Assembly: GCA_965644295.1 (NCBI GenBank)
Contig: CBFFRP010000423.1
Span: forward strand, 186,001 to 250,000
DNA length: 64,000 bases
Source: Paraphysomonas bandaiensis
Taxonomy: Eukaryota; Protista; Chrysophyceae
Reading direction: 5' to 3'
This document shows, piece after piece, positions 26,640-38,838 of the stretch. A program made the translations under genes and the position numbers. How positions within the stretch are numbered: the first letter of the stretch is position 1; the number at the start of each line of letters is the position of its first letter. A model generated the notes under the pieces. That model worked only from the letters and a program-made list of their open reading frames with translations, made no database searches and had not been told where the DNA came from.

Positions 26640-27008
26640 CTATGTATGGTATGTATGTATGTATGTATGTATGTATGTATGTATGTATGTATGTATGGTA
26701 TACACTGTACATATCTCTCTATATGTTAATGTGTGCATTGCTATACACTATCACATAGATAGAAGCACTTATAAAGCCAGATCTATTAAACAAACATCTT
26801 CTATATCTCTCTTATCTTACAGAGAACAGAGAAGATAACAACATACAGTAACTATCCATAGAAGCCTTTCAACACACACACACACACACACACACTCTCT
26901 CTCAGTCTCTCATTCTCTCTCACTCCCCCCCACACACACACTCTCTCAGTCTCTCATTCTCTCTCACTCTCTCTCTCACACACACACTCTCCCTCTCTCT
27001 ATATATAT
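26640..27008. repeat. (TATG)n, (CA)n and (CT)n microsatellites upstream of ValRS
   Basis: Directly visible. Confidence 0.85.
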
Positions 27009-27011
27009 GAT

Positions 27012-30000
27012 ATGATTCAATTCAATAAAACAAAAAAATTCCATAATATCTGGAATATTGTTTCATTTTCTCATATATATATACGTAAAATCACATCATT
27101 ACAATATAAAAACATTAATTTTCATAATGAAATACAAACAAAATATTATGATTATAAGAAACTTGATAATGAAATATATAAATGGTGGGAATCGAATGGA
27201 TATTTTCAACCATCTGGTAATAGTAATGAAAAATTTATTATTGCAATGCCACCACCTAATATTACTGGACGTTTACATGTTGGTCATGCTGTTTTTGTAA
27301 CACTACAAGATATTTTAACACGATTTCATCGAATGAAAGGTAAAACTACACTATGGCTACCTGGTACAGATCACGCAGGTATTGCCACTCAACTCTTAGT
27401 AGAGAAAGCAATGGCTAAAGAGGGACTAAATCGTAGTACTATGGGAAGAGAAGAATTCGTAAAGCGTGTCTGGAAGTGGAAAGAGGAAAATGGATCTCAG
27501 ATTACACACCAACTTAGGCGTTTAGGTGCATCAGCTGATTGGTCTCGAGAGAAGTTCACTCTTGACGATAACCTCAGTGAAGCTGTAACTGAGGCATTTG
27601 TACGTTTGTATGAGAAGGGATTGGTATACAAAGGAGATTATATGGTTAATTGGAGCCCGAGTTTGCAGACTGCTGTAAGTGACTTGGAAGTTGAATACAC
27701 CGAAGAGGAAGGAACATTGTACTACTTCAAGTACATGTTATCCGAAGATGGAAGTGGAACTAGCGGACAGTATATTCCCGTAAGCACTACTCGACCTGAA
27801 ACAATATTAGGCGACACTGCGGTTTGTGTGCACCCAGAGGACGATAGGTACGCGGCTTTCGTAGGCCGCCGTGTAATCGTTCCTATGTCTGGTGGTCATT
27901 CCGTACCAGGTAGGGCATTAATAATGGGAATGTCTTCTATTGTGTACAATTATTATGATAATTGAAATTCATATATTGTATGCTATGGTGCTATTGACTC
28001 AGTTTTGCAATGAAATTATGAGTACAATGCAGTAATTGCTGACGATTACGTGGACCGTGAGTTCGGTACTGGGGCTCTCAAGATAACTCCGGCTCATGAC
28101 CCAAACGACTATGCTATTGGTAAACGGCATAGCCTTCCGTCCATAAGCATTATGAACAAAGATGCTACCATAAAGACTGAGGTACGTCCTACAGAATGCT
28201 AAATGGCGGTTGTTCTCTGTCATGTGAGGTAGTCTGATTCTTACCATATATAGTACATTCTGGATTCGCCATCCAAGTATGATGGTATGGATCGATTCAA
28301 ATGTAGAGAGGTTTTATGGGAAGACATGAAGGTAGTGCATGTAGATATTCTTGTTATGGTTCATTTGCTGATCCTAAACTCATTTCAGGCAGCAGGCCTT
28401 ACACTAAAAACAGAGAAAGTGGCACAACGCATACCACGCAGTCAACGAGGTGGAGAAATTATTGAGCCCATGATATCTGAGCAATGGTTTGTGAACATGG
28501 AGGTATTTATATGTTTGTATATTTTAAAAGCGAGTGATAGCCGTGTAGACAATGGCCAAGCGAGCGATATCCGCAGCTCATTGTAAGGACATTGTGTTCG
28601 TTCCTGAACGATTTGAAAAGGTTTCATTATGACCTGTCATGATATTTAAGAGTGACGTCTTTCAGGACTGGTACAAATGGCTGGAGAATATACGGGACTG
28701 GTGTGTTTCCCGGCAGCTCTGGTGGGGTCACCGAATACCTGTTTATTACCTGTGTACGTGAATTGCATTTCCGAATATTCTCCTTATATTGTTTCAAGCA
28801 AATGATAGATCAAAGTGGGTGGTGGCTAGGACTTATGAGGAGGCTCTTGACATGGCGAGGCAAGTAGAATATTTTAATCACTGCACATACATGATAGTCT
28901 AGATTTAGGTATTTTCTTAACCATCAGTTTTTACCAAAGTATAATTTCTTTCAGAGAGAAGTTTGGCCCCGAGGTTGAAATCGTACAGGATGATGACGTT
29001 TTGGATACTTGGTTCAGGTCAGTAATGTTTAACACGTTACTCTGTCCATGTGTATTATGAAGCAGTTTGTCTATGTAAACTCTGAGCGCATATTATCATG
29101 GTGCATCGGCGTGAGACTGCTGCAATATCATTTGGCACACCCCTCCCCATGTCATGTTATGTTTGCCCTGTATGCAAATAACAGAGAATTCTAGCTCCGA
29201 CCCTTTGTGTTTCGTCGTCTATCTCGATTGATATATATCAGTTGGGTGAAGCGGCGAGCACAGAGGGAAGGAACCGGGCTAATGGTAGCCAGGTCTTAGC
29301 TACGAAGGCAACGAGAAGTACCGTAGGCGGTGTGCCTAGTGTAGACACTTATGCTTGACACTAGATTTGTGTTATAGTGATCAACTCTACACACATTATT
29401 ACACATGCTATATTTATACACCGGCTGTATTATATTGTAGTAAGCTTGTTGTGTAGTTCTGGTCTGTGGCCATTCTCTACTTTGGGCTGGCCACACAACA
29501 CAGGATGTAATAGCGACTTAATGAAGTTTTATCCTACATCCGTCCTGGAAACCGGCTATGACATACTTTTTTTTTGGGTAGCCCGGATGGTAAGTGAAGA
29601 AAAGTCATCGTTCTGTTATATGTATATTTAATTGAATATAGATACAATTTGCAGTAGTTGTTTTTCATTTCTCGCAGGTTATGATGGGTTTAGAGTTCAC
29701 GGACAGAGTGCCTTTCCATACAGTGTACTTGCATGGTATTGTGAGAGATGGTGAGGGTCGTAAGATGTCCAAAACAACTGGTACAGAATAATAATACTCA
29801 TGTCCGATATCTTGATTATGACACCCTATATACAGGGAACGTAGTTGACCCCATTGACACGATGGATATGTATGGCTGCGATGCATTAAGGTATTCGCTG
29901 GTTGTGGGGTCATCGCCAGGCCAAGATGTGCTGCTCGATGCAGACCGTGTCAAAATTAGTAGGTATGTATCACAGAATATGCTTAACTTTGCATTGTGAT

Positions 30001-31415
30001 GGTGGACGCAGGAACTTTGTAAACAAGTTATGGAATGCTGGTACATTGTGCGCCCATGTCATGGAGAATACCTCATAGGATATGTGTAGGGAAGTATATT
30101 GACAACTCGTTGCAAGGCTTATCCCCGCATGAAATGGATGGTCTTGCGATAGAAGCAACTGGTTTACCAATGTCGGAGGCTGAACTTGCTTCTATACCGC
30201 TTGCAGAACGATACATTATTAGTCGTTGTCATGAAGTGGTACATGCAGTGACTGTTTCCCTTGAGAAGTATCAGTTTGCTGAATGTGGGAAGATCATACA
30301 GGAGTTTTTATGGGATGAATTCGCCGACTGGTACATAGAGGTATGTCGGCGTTGTGCCTTTACGACGTGTGTTGACGATATTACACTTAGATTAGCAAAA
30401 CAAGGAATCACAGCGAAGAATCAAGATGTTCTTATCTTGCATCGAGGCGCGCATTGGTGTATGTGTGGGACCGTTGTCTTCGACTAACGCACCCGTTTAT
30501 GCCGTTTATCACAGAGGTATGAATACTGTGTATTGCTTAATAGGGTGAATGAGCTATAGCTATACTGGAGTGATTTCCTCTTTTTGTTGCAGACTCTCTG
30601 GCAATGTATACCTCATAATGGCGACACACTGATGCTTTCTCCTTGGCCTGACAAGGTATGACAGCGTTGTACATCTATAATATGTGTCGTGATTCATCAT
30701 CGTAGTGTGATGGGAAGCTTCCAGTCGATGAACTTGCGATAGTTTTGTTTAGTGAAATCAAAGCGGCCGTCAAATCTATTAGAAATACTAGATCTGGTAC
30801 AAAATTTGTTATTCAACATCTCTTGTGTGAATTGCCGTGGTGTTTTAGAGCATAATGTGGAGCCGAAGAAAAGAATTGGCGCCCGCATTGTGCTAAAAGG
30901 GGCGGAGAGTCATATATACGCGGAAGCGTTTCGCGCTGAAAAAAAGTCAATTGAGCTTCTCGCGAAGGTAGTTTTAGTCGTGCTTTGTAGAACTTGAGGA
31001 CCTTATTTCTGTATTCCAGATTGATTCTTCTGATTTGGAGATTATCGATTCCTCCGATTGTGCAGATTACTTGGACAGAATAGACAGCAAGCAGTACGTA
31101 CGAATTGTTGTCAGCCAGGTATTAATTATTCAGATGTTTCTCCAGAACTAATCTAACGGTTCTGTTGTGAAGTTGTGTGAGGTGTTAATCCCGGTTGCTA
31201 CAATGGTGGATCGTGAAAAAGAAATATCTAGGATTCAAGCACAGATAGAAAAGTTACAGGGATCTATCTGTGCGCTTCAACAGAGACTCTCAAATGAAGG
31301 ATTCGTGCGCAATGCAAAGCCAGATGTGGTTAACAAGTTTAGAGTTAATTTGATAGAGCAAGAAGAGCAGTTATCTGTTTTGAAAAGTTCTTTAAGTGAT
31401 ATTCTGTCGTCGTAG
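27012..31415 (+). CDS. valS: Valyl-tRNA synthetase, bacterial/organellar type with a probable targeting peptide; many exons
   Basis: [14 protein letters not shown] (HIGH), [78 protein letters not shown]-terminal coiled coil [11 protein letters not shown]. Confidence 0.95.
29134..29336 (+). ncRNA. Candidate structured RNA inside the long ValRS intron (family unknown)
   Basis: Closing stem GGCACACC/GGTGTGCC encloses three hairpins and a junction helix; non-Watson-Crick pairs in the helices are mainly G.U on the + strand. Confidence 0.5.
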
Positions 31416-32732
31416 CCAATTTTCTTCGGTTTTCAATAGATGCTAAAAGTGAATCCGTAACAAACTCTTGTAAAAATGTGGTGGTGTTTCTGTGATATAT
31501 ATACATCATCGTTTTGAAAGCTAACTTCTACAAACTCTTTCGCCAATTGTATCATACTGCTGATTCTGATAACCTTTCGTCTATATCCATATTTAGATTT
31601 TTATTGAATATAATGAATCCAAGCTAAAAATAATGTATAAGGTGCGAGCTGCTCTGCATTGTTGGTTGTAGCAGCTGTAGAGGGCCGGCTAATTTATGAT
31701 CGGCAATTGCACTTAATTTGGCACCATGGGCGCGTGTGTTGCATGGAGTATGAAGTATGGCAAAGAGTTTTGTGAAGAATGAACAATTACCTAACACAGG
31801 AACCTAGATTTCAATTTTAATTGTTTAACTCCACATGTAGATTGTTTTTACGTCATTCACTATGGTATGGGAAGGATAAACTTGCGTTGGAACTTGATCG
31901 CCCTTTTAGTTCGTCAGTGCAAGCCATGTCACATATCACTGGCAGCGTTATGTAGAACAATTGATGTATCCGTGGCAATGTCTCTTGGAGAATCCCCCTC
32001 AATAACCCTTATTATCTATGTGAATTATATTGCACTTGAAATGATTTTTATTCTATAAATAATTACGGAAGATTATTTGGCTATAGTGGAGTTTTTCAAA
32101 ATATATTAGTGAAGGTGATCTACGAATAACATCTCTACGACCTTTTAATTTCACATCTGAACTTGGTATAACTCATGGACATCAGAGACTCTGTGCTCGA
32201 GGCCTCTAGTGAGGGCACCTGTCTTGCCTCCAGGTGTCCCTTTTTGCAACCCATCTAACCTAATCACTGTATGGGTCGAGTTTGTCATGTAATGGGATCA
32301 ATGAAGCACGTACAGATGCTGCAATATCTGAAGAGGTTATCTCGTGTTAATGCGCAGTGTCTGAGCTGACTGCTGCTGTCCATTTATTGGCCACATATGC
32401 ATTAGAATGCTCTTTATGCATATAAAAGATATGCTATTGAGCAGAAATGATAGTTGAGTTAACAGATAGAGTGATATTAACAAAAGAATAGTATAGATAT
32501 GCAGTATATATATGACTGGGAAGGTATAGAGGTGCAGTGGAGGTCGCTTGTCCTCTGTATGATATAGTTGAGTGATCGCTCGCTGATTAGTTTCATGCTA
32601 TTTTTATGTGTTTTCAATGCAATTTACGAAAAATACCGAGATTTTTAATGAATTTTAGATTTTTTATGGGGTTTTTATATACTGTGTTTGCATCGCGTAT
32701 TATAGAGCACACGAGGAGTTCAAAGATGCCCA

Positions 32733-32880
32733 TATCGGCAGTCAGCACCTTATTTTTTCGGGAATAAATTGAAGCAAAACTCGTTGATATTACTGCAATA
32801 CAACTACGGCTGGAATACACATAATTGTGGCCTCAATACTAGAGGCATCTTTGAACGAAAATATACAAAGGATGCCCGTA
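32733..32880 (+). repeat. ~147-bp promoter-proximal dispersed element, copy 3
   Basis: Same consensus; 234 bp upstream of ATG 33114; preceded by an inverted fragment of its own 3' end (GTTCAAAGATGCC, 32718-32730). Confidence 0.9.
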
Positions 32881-33113
32881 TACGGGCAACGGGCCGTATA
32901 ATACAGAGAGTGTACATATCCCACACTTTCAACTGCTGTATTCTCCTGTATACATATGTATATATTACGGTTACTAAGCCTGTCGATCTCTCTCTCTACG
33001 TATAGAAACACTTGCACAGCCCACTCATTAAACATACATACATAATCTCACATATCTACCTCTATAAATATAGTAACATGATCATTTAATTGATCACAAG
33101 TAAACTACTCATT

Positions 33114-35976
33114 ATGTCTTCTTCAAAAACTGTCTCAAAGAGCACTTCAAATGATGTCAATGATAATAAAATGGATGAGATTATACATATTGATACTGAA
33201 GCATTACTAAGTGCTTTAAAGACAATTGAATATCAATTATCAGAATATAAACGACAAGATATATTGCCAAAATGGGCATCAACACTTTTACCACGTTTAG
33301 AAACACTTGAAAAAGGACATATAAAATCAAATCATACTCGTAAAGATGTTAGTCTGAAACAAATGTATGCTGATGATAAACTTATTGAAAAGATACGTGG
33401 AGAAGTTGAAACAAAAGCTAATACTTTAAAAGCAAATTTTGAATCAAAAACAGCTGCGACGGCGTTAGAAGTTGATCGTTTACATAAGTTGCTTTATATC
33501 CGACCCACGACTACTGAACTACAGCAGGTACTTACAGATATACAAAACGTTCATATTAAAACGGATGCGGTTGTTGGGAATGCTACCAGTGATATTCATG
33601 TTGTTGTTAGTCAGAAACTGGCAGAGGAGATGTCATCCATTGTTGATAGATTAAAGGTTACGGAGGAGCACTGTGACAAGACTGCAGTTGTTGTTGATAC
33701 CCGTGTATCGAATATGGAAAATGAGATTCGCAATATTCGGAGCGGCATTAAATCTGACTTTGATCAGACAGTGGTAACAATGGGAGATATGAAGGAGACA
33801 ACATCTGCTATCATAGGGGACGTCGCTAGTTTAAACGAACATCTCACTGATTTGGAGAAGGATACCAAGGAAGCTATTCAGGAGCTAACTACTGAACACG
33901 ACCTGGTCGTGAAAGACTTTGCAGAGTTCGAAGGGGCGACCAATGAACGCCTCGAAATCTTGGAGGAAAATCTCACGGCATGCGACGATCTTCTCAGAGA
34001 GGAAATTTCTCGATCAGACGAGCGGCATGATGTAATTACCTCCAATATCCAAGAGATAACGGATACATTTGAAACCTTCAAGGATACCTACGCCACGGAG
34101 TTAGAGTCTATGAGGGGAAATCATGATGCAATTCAGCAGTTGCTGAATACGACTATTGAAAGGCAGAACTCCATCCTCAGCTATGTTGAATCGTTGCAGG
34201 AATTCGATCTGACAGCTAAAGTGTCACGGAATGAAGAAGGAGTTGAAACTCTCAGACATGAGAGTGAATTGCTGGAGGAAACAGTCAACGGTGTGCTAAT
34301 GCAAGTCATGGACGTTAAGAAAGAGCAAACAGCAATGAATGAGGAACTGCAGGATGTTCCCACAAAAATTAACGTAGAGGCAGTGAAAATAGAAGTCAAT
34401 AACAAAGAAATCAAAAGCCTCAAGGATTCACTCAAGTATACGAAAACCATGATCCAAGAGCAGCAAAATCAGTTAGAAGACCTCTCTGTTCTCAAAGAAC
34501 ATATGGTTATGGTCAAAGATGTGTGTGACTCGCAAGATGATCGTATAAAGAAAATTCTCAGAAACGTCGCGGAAGTTGTGGAAAATGGTGAAATTCAAGA
34601 GAAGCGTATTGATGAAGTTGTGTCTGTTATATCGGTGAGAAATGACATGCTGATTCTTATGTTGTTTCCCACCACATAATTGTTTATATTTTTTGTGACT
34701 GTTTGCATTCAATTTTTAGGCTACGGAAGAGAAATTAATGAACCGCATTACTGCCTCGAAGAACAACATAGAAGATAGTATGACGCTAAAAGCTACAGAA
34801 ACTGCGTCGAAGGTGCACGAATTGAAGGAATCTATCGAGACTATTGCTGCCAATGTAGGATCTCGATCAAAGCCTGGAGCATCCAAGAATGCCATTCCAC
34901 TCCGTCCCCAAAAGGGCGAAACTGACAAAAAAGAGGTGCAGGTTGTAGATGCTTACGACCAGCGCCCAGGATCTGCAGATGCCAGTATCCACTCAGTAGC
35001 AGCAGACCGTATCGAAACCATTGCAGATATGTGTATGAATTTCGAGCAAATAGCATGTTTCCGCAATATGGTTCCGAGAGATATGCCTAGTGCCCTTTGT
35101 GGAGACCTTGCTAGTGTAGCGCAGAACTTGGCCGCAGTTTTAGCAGAAACGGCAGATATGGAAGTTATCCAAAAGATTATTCGAGGAGACCCTGCCGATA
35201 TAGGTTATGAAGACCCTGTGATAGACAAACGACAGTCGTTAGTTAACAATGTAATGATTGGATTGAGAGATAAGCTAAATCAGCTCGCACCAACAGCTGG
35301 GGCTGTGCGACTTGAGGCTAGAGATATGTTTGTCACGCGATTTTATCACGCTTTGCAGCTGGCAATGTCTAAACACGACCAGGTAGGCATCGTCTTTTTG
35401 GCGTTTTGCTTTAATTCTTGTTACAATTCATGTATATTGTAGATTCTGGCCACTGGAGGATCTAGACTGGGAAGACTTAAGGTTCCTGTGTGTATAGCTT
35501 GTGATCGGCCGCTGGTAAACAAGGTATGAAGACGACGCTTGTTTGATGCTTATATATCTTAGCCGAATGTGAACCAGGTGCAACGGGATTCCATCTCCAC
35601 AATTGAAAGAGAAAAATCTCCGTCTTTGTCTATGCGCCAACATAGCTCTGTGTATTCCGAGGGTCATTCAGCTCAAAGTAAGGGTCTAGCACCTATTGGG
35701 CAGCTCCCTGGGGAATGCGGAGAAGGGAGTTTATATGAAACATCAATGGATGAGGACAGTAACCTCTACCCTGGGAGTACTAGGAGGCGCAACGAATCTG
35801 TACGTGCAGCTGGAGCTAATTTGCACGGGGTCAACGAAGCCAAACGGATGTCTAAGACTTATTCATCCGGGTACGTATTGAGGGCCGGTTTTAGAATGCC
35901 CAAGAACGAACCTCGCCACCCAGCGCCCCTCTCAAGTGAAGGAAAAGCCCAGCAGCCTCTAACACATCCCATATAA
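33114..35976 (+). CDS. Long coiled-coil protein with a C-terminal CIACDRPL motif (QRICH2/C16orf96-like motif); 4 exons
   Basis: 529-aa and 234-aa heptad ORFs joined by short introns; small exon ILATGGSRLGRLKVPVCIACDRPLVNK. Confidence 0.75.
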
Positions 35977-36398
35977 ACATTTCGGGGACGTGACACTGTA
36001 TATCTGAAATGCCAATGTGACTGTGTTGTCGTGGACGTTAGAAATGTATTTTTTTTGCGGTTAGAAATGGTTGCATGTACCGATAGCATAATTCACATAA
36101 TGTATATGAATAATACGAGAAGTTAATAGATTAAATGTTTTGGGATATGCTTGTATCAAGGAACACATTATTATGTGTTGAATAAATGAAATGAGCATAA
36201 ATCAATCCATTGGGCTTCATTAGATATAAGCTAAGAATTTTATTTTACTCTATTGAGTTAGTAGAACATAGAACGTCTTACAAAAAATTGAGGAGGTTGT
36301 GGCCAACAACCTCTATCACTATCCACTATTAACTACAAACTGTGAATTTACTACAGTATCACTGCATTGTTTTCTAGAGATTATGTAATACTACATAA

Positions 36399-36472
36399 CA
36401 GGGCTAGGAAACAATATATTGCAATACTATTGTACAATGTATTGCAATTCAATATATTGTTTCCTAGCCCTG
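36399..36472. mobile_element. 74-bp hAT MITE with perfect TIRs and an 8-bp target-site duplication
   Basis: TIR CAGGGCTAGGAAACAATATATTG / CAATATATTGTTTCCTAGCCCTG flanked by CTACATAA at 36391-36398 and 36473-36480. Confidence 0.93.
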
Positions 36473-37081
36473 CTACATAACGTTCCCTGGTTAGAACGTT
36501 AGAACCCAATACATTTATTTTGCTATTGTGAACATGTTGTAGTATCTAATAATTATTTTTTTCCACAGCTCAGGTATTTACTTTTTAGTTAAATATTAGT
36601 ATGTATTAGATTATTTTAATATAGAATTTCCCTACTAACTTGACTACTGCTCCACCCAATGAATCGTATACAACAAGTGGTGTATGTACCCAAGCAAATC
36701 GTGAATTGTGTTGGAATATGTAAGTTTCCCTGAATAGACTGTAAAATACGGTCTTAAATACAGTGCGAAAAGCTTTAACACGTAGTCAAAATATTATACA
36801 GCTATAACTGCATAACTGTGAAGCTGAAGTATCATGACGATTCAAGATACGGAAGTTAATCAGAGGTTGATATGAAAGAAGTATAAAATTATGATGCTGA
36901 TGTGTTTTACATGACAATGCAGTAATAATAATCATCTAGTCTAACAACTTGACTTTCCTTTCACGATCTAAGCAAGTTAAAATGTTCAAAAGTCAATAAA
37001 TTTCTTTATGCTCTACAGGAGCATGTAAACATGTAATTTGATTTAATAATTCAAATTATTAATCAGTGTCATATACAAGTG

Positions 37082-38302
37082 CTAAACTCTCAACTCTCTT
37101 CTCATAAAATTAGACAATTCCCCATACAAATTAGACAATTCCTCATACAATTTATCAAGCTCCATTTCTCTTTCACGTACATCCATACCTTTTTCTTTAT
37201 TACGAGCAATTATTCTCTCTACAACACTTATGTGCTGCTCCTTTGCTTCAATCTTTCGACACTCCAGGATCTCACGGTTATCGTTTTCCCTACCCACGAA
37301 TTGATGTTTAATAATTACCGTTGGCGTCGAGGATTCCTTGGATGGTGGAGTCTGGGCGGTGTCGCCGACAGTGTGCCGGGCCTTCTTATTGAATCTACGT
37401 CCTATATCCTTCGCATGATGAATTAACATACCTTTTCGCTTCTCTCCTTGGGTTAAAACATAGGAGTTCAATGCCCTATCCTCCGCAGGCTTCCCAAGAA
37501 GAATAAATGTAAGCCACTCCTCAGGGTAATAATCCTCTGGCATTCCATCCTTGGTTGCGCGTGAAAATTTCTTGCCCTTAGTCAGTTTCTTTTTCGCATA
37601 GGCAAGATTGTTGTCTACACTCTTTTCTGATTTCTCTTCCTGACGCGATTCCCAGTATGCAACCCGAATAGCATGCAGAACACCACTTCTATTGTGACCA
37701 CTTCGATCGAAGACTTTGTTATTATAATGGGGCCCTAACTTGCTGTTCACAACTGTGCGGGTAGACTGATGTGTATCCCACACTTTAAATCCAAAATAGG
37801 CAATGACTTTTTCGCTGATGTCAAGCTCGTTGAACTCTTCGTTTTCACTCATGAAAGTACATGGAGGATAAATTTTATTCATCGTGGAAATAAAATCTAA
37901 AAATGTCTGTGGCCAAATATTCCCATCTAAATATTGAAATAATTTATCTTGTGCATACATCTTTTTAGGCCAATTATTTATAGTTTGAATAAAAGCCTTA
38001 TGTACTAATTGATATATAGTTAATGGGGGAGTATCAGGGGAGATGTCTTCAGTTATACTGTTCCCGGCAATCCCACAAACTAAACAAAACAATTGCTATA
38101 TATACATATATAATTCAAGTTATATAAATATATATATACATACTTTATGAAGAGATTCATTTGTATGATGTTGTAAATGTTGGAGTAAATGATAAACTTC
38201 ATCTATAGCTGGATAATTCTTATAAACCTTTAAAATATCTTCATTATGATCTTCATCATTATGATCTTCATTATTATCTTCATATTGTAATTCTAAATTC
38301 AT
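37082..38302 (-). CDS. Uncharacterised protein with a C-terminal coiled coil; 2 exons
   Basis: Acidic first exon 38302-38144, GT-AG intron, then a 336-aa open frame; no family recognised. Confidence 0.65.
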
Positions 38303-38838
38303 TGTATTGTATTGTATTGTATTGTTGTTTAAGGTGCTTTAAGTGTCTGTATATATATACATATATATGGATGGGATCGCTCATTTGAATCCACTTAAAA
38401 TCACCTGCCCTCTAATTACTGAAAAAGGATAAATTCCATGTTTTCTTCATCGAAACCATGGATATTTAGATATTTAGAGTTTTGGTTGGATGTAATATTC
38501 TTTTATCACATACAGAGTATACAGTACGTACTGCTACATTGGACAAAAAATCTGAAGGTTTGTTTTTCCAAGTCAACTTTTCAAAACATAAAAATCATGG
38601 TTTTCTATATTGAGGTTATGAATATTTTCTTCTCCTGTCCAAACTGCATTGTCATCTACACTTCAAGTTTATGTGTCATCCACATACATATACATACACA
38701 TACACATACATACATGTACATATACATACAGTACATACACACATACACACACAGAACTAGACACATTAACACCCACATATATATACATAATCACTTCAAT
38801 CTAATTCATTATAATAATAAACAAAATATTTTATACTC

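Noticed and set aside
29260-29325. T-box, cobalamin riboswitch, SRP or RNase P identity for the intronic structure
   Set aside because: Only fragments match (GGGAAGG..AGCCAGG, CCAGGTC, a CR-V-like word). There is no UGGN antiterminator bulge, complete B12 box, helix-8 GNRA loop or P4 pairing.
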